The notes under the pieces are model-generated. The model was not told the origin of the DNA and searched no databases. It saw nothing but the letters and a program-made list of their open reading frames with translations. A DNA stretch of 64,000 nucleotides from Candidatus Ryanbacteria bacterium CG10_big_fil_rev_8_21_14_0_10_43_42 (GTDB lineage Bacteria > Patescibacteriota > Minisyncoccia > Ryanbacterales > 2-02-FULL-48-12). The translations under genes were made by a program, and so were the position numbers. Shown piece by piece: positions 60,375 to 64,000 of this stretch (the first letter of the stretch is position 1; every line of letters begins with the position of its first letter). Location: positions 60,011-124,010 of the forward strand of contig PFEF01000010.1 of assembly GCA_002793915.1 (NCBI GenBank), in the 5' to 3' direction.

Positions 60375-61381
60375 GTTTTAGGCACGGACATATGGCGGTT
60401 TAATTAATTGATAATCTTCCAAGAATTCGTTGGGCGTTTTTCCGTTTAAACCGCAATGTTCTAGGTTGTTGTAGTATATATTCCACCTTTTCAGTTTCTT
60501 TTGCAAATCGTGGAAGTTTTTGAATTTGTTCTGTTCGTAAAATTTCTCCTGATCTTCCCGATGGCTTCGTTCCACGGTGCCATTTTGAGCCGGTTTGCCT
60601 GGATCAATAAGGTAATGAACGATATTGTTTCCTCTGCAGAACAGGTCTAAGGCGTGAATCGTTTTTACCGTCATGTCGCTTCTTTTGTTCATGCTAGTGT
60701 AATAATTGGTGAAAATTGATCCATTGTCTGTTTTGATGGCGTGTATTTTATATTTAAATATTCGGATTACTTCTTCCAAAAAGAGAATCGAGTGAACATT
60801 CGTCTGTTCGTCGTACACCGAGAGATATCTCCACCGGGAAGCGGTATCAATGGCCGTATATTGGAAATATCTTTTGTTTTTAACGCGTCCTGGGACATAC
60901 TTCACATCAATTTCCATCAATTCTCCAGGCTGTCTCTCTGCCCGGATATATTTGTATTTGATTTTCTTAATTCGATATTTTCGGACTAGGTTCTCTTTTT
61001 TCAAAATCTTTCCAACCGTGCGCTCATGAATGAATATGCCTTCTTTTTCCAACTGCCAATGAATCTTTAACGCACACTTTTTTGTTTTCTTTCTGACTTC
61101 AAGGATTCTTTCCTTGATCCAGAGCGGTGTTTCATCTTTTTGGGTCTTTGGTTCAGTTGATTTAGGTTCCAGTCCTGTTTCTCCTTTCGCTTTAAACACT
61201 GCCACCCAGCGTTCCAGACTACGTTTGCTATGCGGACATACCCTCGCCGCGTCTTTTAACTTAACTTCCTTGTTAATGACCGGTAGCACCCACCGTAACC
61301 TCTCTTCTTTGATTGTTTTAACCATATGTATGCTCATTCCTCCATTTTAGGAGAAACCGCCATATGTGTGTGCACATTACC
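60375..61381 (-). mobile_element. IS481-family insertion sequence (about 1.0 kb)
   Basis: Imperfect terminal IRs with core GCAC..ACATATGGCGGTTT; direct repeat ATAAT at 60370-74 and 61382-86; ends uncertain by 1-2 nt. Confidence 0.85.
60378..61337 (-). CDS. IS481-family DDE transposase (rve integrase core)
   Basis: N-terminal HTH, EIDVK, AIDTASR, KTDNGSIF, PAQNGTVERSHR; single ORF. Confidence 0.92.
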   Translation of the reverse strand: MSIHMVKTIKEERLRWVLPVINKEVKLKDAARVCPHSKRSLERWVAVFKAKGETGLEPKSTEPKTQKDETPLWIKERILEVRKKTKKCALKIHWQLEKEGIFIHERTVGKILKKENLVRKYRIKKIKYKYIRAERQPGELMEIDVKYVPGRVKNKRYFQYTAIDTASRWRYLSVYDEQTNVHSILFLEEVIRIFKYKIHAIKTDNGSIFTNYYTSMNKRSDMTVKTIHALDLFCRGNNIVHYLIDPGKPAQNGTVERSHREDQEKFYEQNKFKNFHDLQKKLKRWNIYYNNLEHCGLNGKTPNEFLEDYQLIKPPYVRA

Positions 61382-61906
61382 ATAATCGCTTGCCAACTTG
61401 CCGTAACTTGTTCCAGGTTCTCTTGTTCCAGGTTCTCAAGTTCTGTAAGTTCCTTATCAAAACGAACTGGATCTTCCCATGTAGTTTCTTCAGGGTCGTG
61501 AGTGAGAAACACGTCAATATTCAAACTAATTAAAGGGATAGTTATGGACCAAAGACCTTGGGTATTTTCATATGTTGGCGTTACAATTTTCGCTTCTCCA
61601 ACTATACCGTAATCTTCTTCTATTATTTTCTCTATCGTATCAATAAGGTGCTCTTCATATTCTTCTTTTATTGCAATAATCGGCACCTCCTCTTCCGTAG
61701 ATTGTACCCACCTCACTGCCTGCCGGTTTTTCTCGTATTACAGGTTTTTGGATATCAAAAATATTTTGTGTGGAAACAAAATAACCTCCTAGGGCAATAG
61801 CAAGTAATAATATAACTCCTAAAATAATTAACTTTTGATTTAGCATAAAATGCTATTTTATTTTTCTGACACCTATTTCTATTCCAAAATCTGACTCAAA
61901 AATTTA

Positions 61907-62896
61907 TTAAAGAGAATCAATAACGGTATCCATAGTAGCTTTATTGGTGTTCAGTTGTTCAATATATTTTTGATGCCAACCAATCACGAGATCCATCTTA
62001 TCCTCATCACTTGATCCCTTACGTGCCTCAATAGCATTTCCGCTCTCAACAGCACTTTTAACAGCATTCATCACAAGTAATTTTTGTTTGTATAATTCAA
62101 TTATATCAATTGCTAATAAGCCATAGTTTTTAAAGTATTGAGCAGCTTCTAAATATTCACGAGGAACATTGCTGCCGTATTTACCGGTAATTTTCTGGTG
62201 TTGGCCTCCAGACCATACCCTTAATAAATCAAGTTCACTCATTCTGGATTCCATTTGAGCTACTGTATTATTATATGAGTTTGTATAATTATTGGTAGAC
62301 ATTTCATTACTTACTACTTCCTCCCATTTTACCAGATTTTCGTCATAATTTTTATCTTCAGCAATTTCAAATGCTGTTAATTCCTTATCAAATTGCACAA
62401 AATTCATCCAAAATGTTGAAGTAGGTGTTTCCATCAAAATGATATCTGAGTCTATGCTATTTAGCTGAGCTACGATTACTTGAAATACTCCGAACTCCGT
62501 TGTCGGTGTTGTTACTAATACCGTTGAGGGAATCTTTAAATCTGATTCAAAAAATTTTTCAACGGAAGATTCAGTATGAATTTTATATCCATCGAATCCC
62601 GGTTCACCCTTGAATATAGGGTTAGTGCTCGGAATTAATTCGTCTTCTACCAATAAAACAACATGAAAATTATCTATGTTAATAGGTGGTCTATCTTCAG
62701 CTACTTGTTCGGATGGGAAGTCCTGTTCTGAATCATTAATAATATTATTTCCTGGTAGTGGGTTCCCATTTATTTCTAAAATTTCCCCTACATCTTGTAT
62801 GACATCAGTATTGTTATCTTTTGTAGTCACAATCCAAAAGACACTACCCATCACAATGAGTATTCCCATAATGACTATTTTGGGAATGTTTTTCAT
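61907..62896 (-). CDS. Hypothetical membrane-anchored exported protein
   Basis: N-terminal TM, acidic linker, helical C-terminus; low GC. Confidence 0.75.
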   Translation of the reverse strand: MKNIPKIVIMGILIVMGSVFWIVTTKDNNTDVIQDVGEILEINGNPLPGNNIINDSEQDFPSEQVAEDRPPINIDNFHVVLLVEDELIPSTNPIFKGEPGFDGYKIHTESSVEKFFESDLKIPSTVLVTTPTTEFGVFQVIVAQLNSIDSDIILMETPTSTFWMNFVQFDKELTAFEIAEDKNYDENLVKWEEVVSNEMSTNNYTNSYNNTVAQMESRMSELDLLRVWSGGQHQKITGKYGSNVPREYLEAAQYFKNYGLLAIDIIELYKQKLLVMNAVKSAVESGNAIEARKGSSDEDKMDLVIGWHQKYIEQLNTNKATMDTVIDSL

Positions 62897-62928
62897 AAGA
62901 AAGAAGGTAGTAATTACCAGTATAGCAG

Positions 62929-63279
62929 TTAATAACGAAAAGAATTTTCAAGTACTCTCTCAACGACTGGGATTTTCCAGCCTGTCTCATAGGAGACTCG
63001 TCTGTACACTAGATTACTGGTGTTAATAATAGCTGCGCTGATTGCTACAATTAATCCGAGAGTTGATACAAATTTTAACCATCCTTTATCCTTTTTTAAC
63101 GACGAGATAGACAAGATGTATAAAACTAATAATAGCGGAACCGTTAATACAATGAAGCCAATCGTCAGAGGGTATAAATCTGCTCTGAGTGAACTGTATA
63201 TATCAGCAAAACTCAATATAATCAAAAAGAAAATTAATAAATGCCGAAAATTTATTTTAATCTTGCTGTTCTCACTCAT
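62929..63279 (-). CDS. Putative immunity protein (3 TM) of the Rhs toxin
   Basis: ATG 63279 overlaps the toxin stop by 8 nt; hydrophobic and AT-rich. Confidence 0.6.
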   Translation of the reverse strand: MSENSKIKINFRHLLIFFLIILSFADIYSSLRADLYPLTIGFIVLTVPLLLVLYILSISSLKKDKGWLKFVSTLGLIVAISAAIINTSNLVYRRVSYETGWKIPVVERVLENSFRY

Positions 63280-64000
63280 GTGAATTATATGAGTTGCTAA
63301 TTTTATCCCACACTTCTGTGCTCCGCCACATTGAATGTATATATCTAGGATCAAGTCCCGCCTGCCACGTCACATTCATATTCTCCGCACCGGGAAATGT
63401 TCGTCCAGCCGTTCCAAACTCATACAATCCAAGATAGCGCCCAACAGCTACTCCAATAGGACCAAAAACAGTGTTTCCTATCTGCTCGCTTAATGATGTT
63501 GCACCTCCACCAGATTTCTGAACTGGATCAAGCCAGCTGTATGCATTGATATGCTTGCCTATATTATTACGGCTTGGGTTATATCCTACTACCCGAACAG
63601 GAGTTGCAAGTGTTACTAATGTATTAATGCTTTTATTTATATTATTACTGGCATCAATTGCGATATTACCTCCGTGACTATGCCCGACAATGTTTAATTG
63701 CTCTCCCTCATTAAAGTCATGGTTATTTATCTGATTTGCTAAATCATTTGCGGCAGCTTCCCGTGCTCTTTTATTATTATTTCCTGACCAATCGAATATA
63801 ATGGGAGGTTCACCAAACGTCTCTCCTACGTTTGATAGAAATTCGCTTGCCGCACCACCCTCCGACCAATCATCTTTATTGTAGTTTGTACCCGGAACAA
63901 CTACGGTAAACAATCCTTCCGGATCAATAAAGTTGAGCGGATTGTTTCGGACGTAGGAATACGCATTCAACTGCTGGGGATCTTGGAGAAACTTCTGCGG
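63272..64000 (-). CDS. Rhs-family polymorphic toxin, C-terminal part with alpha/beta-hydrolase (lipase-like) domain; truncated by window edge
   Basis: DPQQLNAYSYVRNNPLNFIDPEG Rhs-core terminus followed by VVVPGT, GHSHGG and LATP. Confidence 0.88.
   Translation of the reverse strand, partial: PQKFLQDPQQLNAYSYVRNNPLNFIDPEGLFTVVVPGTNYNKDDWSEGGAASEFLSNVGETFGEPPIIFDWSGNNNKRAREAAANDLANQINNHDFNEGEQLNIVGHSHGGNIAIDASNNINKSINTLVTLATPVRVVGYNPSRNNIGKHINAYSWLDPVQKSGGGATSLSEQIGNTVFGPIGVAVGRYLGLYEFGTAGRTFPGAENMNVTWQAGLDPRYIHSMWRSTEVWDKISNSYNSHE

Larger units (their letters stand above)
59937..61846 (-). pseudogene. Membrane-anchored protein paralogous to 61907..62896, split by IS481 and frameshifted near 61710
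   Basis: Removing the IS and one TSD copy gives in-frame ...WQAIIDDPAISKQMIDVIQN...; shared FDKELT, IDIIEL and DED..VI.WH motifs with the neighbour. Confidence 0.8.

Noticed and set aside
1-64000. Alternative genetic code 25
   Set aside because: Conserved genes such as frr, mreB, mrdA and rsmH end at TGA and none is interrupted by TGA

Overview
Chromosomal fragment of a Patescibacteria (CPR) bacterium, most likely Parcubacteria/OD1. This is inferred from genetic code 11 with TGA stops, short ProRS and AspRS lacking insertion domains, two mreB paralogues, rplI present and pilin-like small proteins. About 85% is housekeeping: cell shape and division (mreB x2, mreCD, mrdA, and a dcw cluster split into two convergent blocks), translation (frr, proS, lysS, cysS, gltX, aspS, rplU, rplI, rpmA, tRNA-Glu), replication and repair (holB, dnaB, recR, scpAB, rmuC) and a GT4-GH57-GH15 alpha-glucan cluster. 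The right end is an AT-rich island with an Rhs lipase toxin and putative immunity gene, and a paralogue pair in which one copy is split by an IS481 element. The standout observation is an apparently unannotated transcription unit of about 1.15 kb at 38290-39470. It has a near-consensus sigma70 promoter, about 25 hairpins or multibranch domains with GNRA loops and G-U pairs consistent with the + strand, 5'-3' long-range complementarity, an embedded 125-codon orphan ORF whose start codon sits in a hairpin, and an 18-bp terminator. A second candidate structured ncRNA lies at about 59527-59774. Other oddities are a D-aminoacylase in the murD slot of the dcw cluster, a glutamate-ligase/protease fusion with a 7TM partner, a FliA-type sigma with a possible -1 frameshift extension, an orphan Wzc, and small ORFs missed by the ORF track. 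All family assignments are from motif recognition by eye; no searches or folding programs were run.
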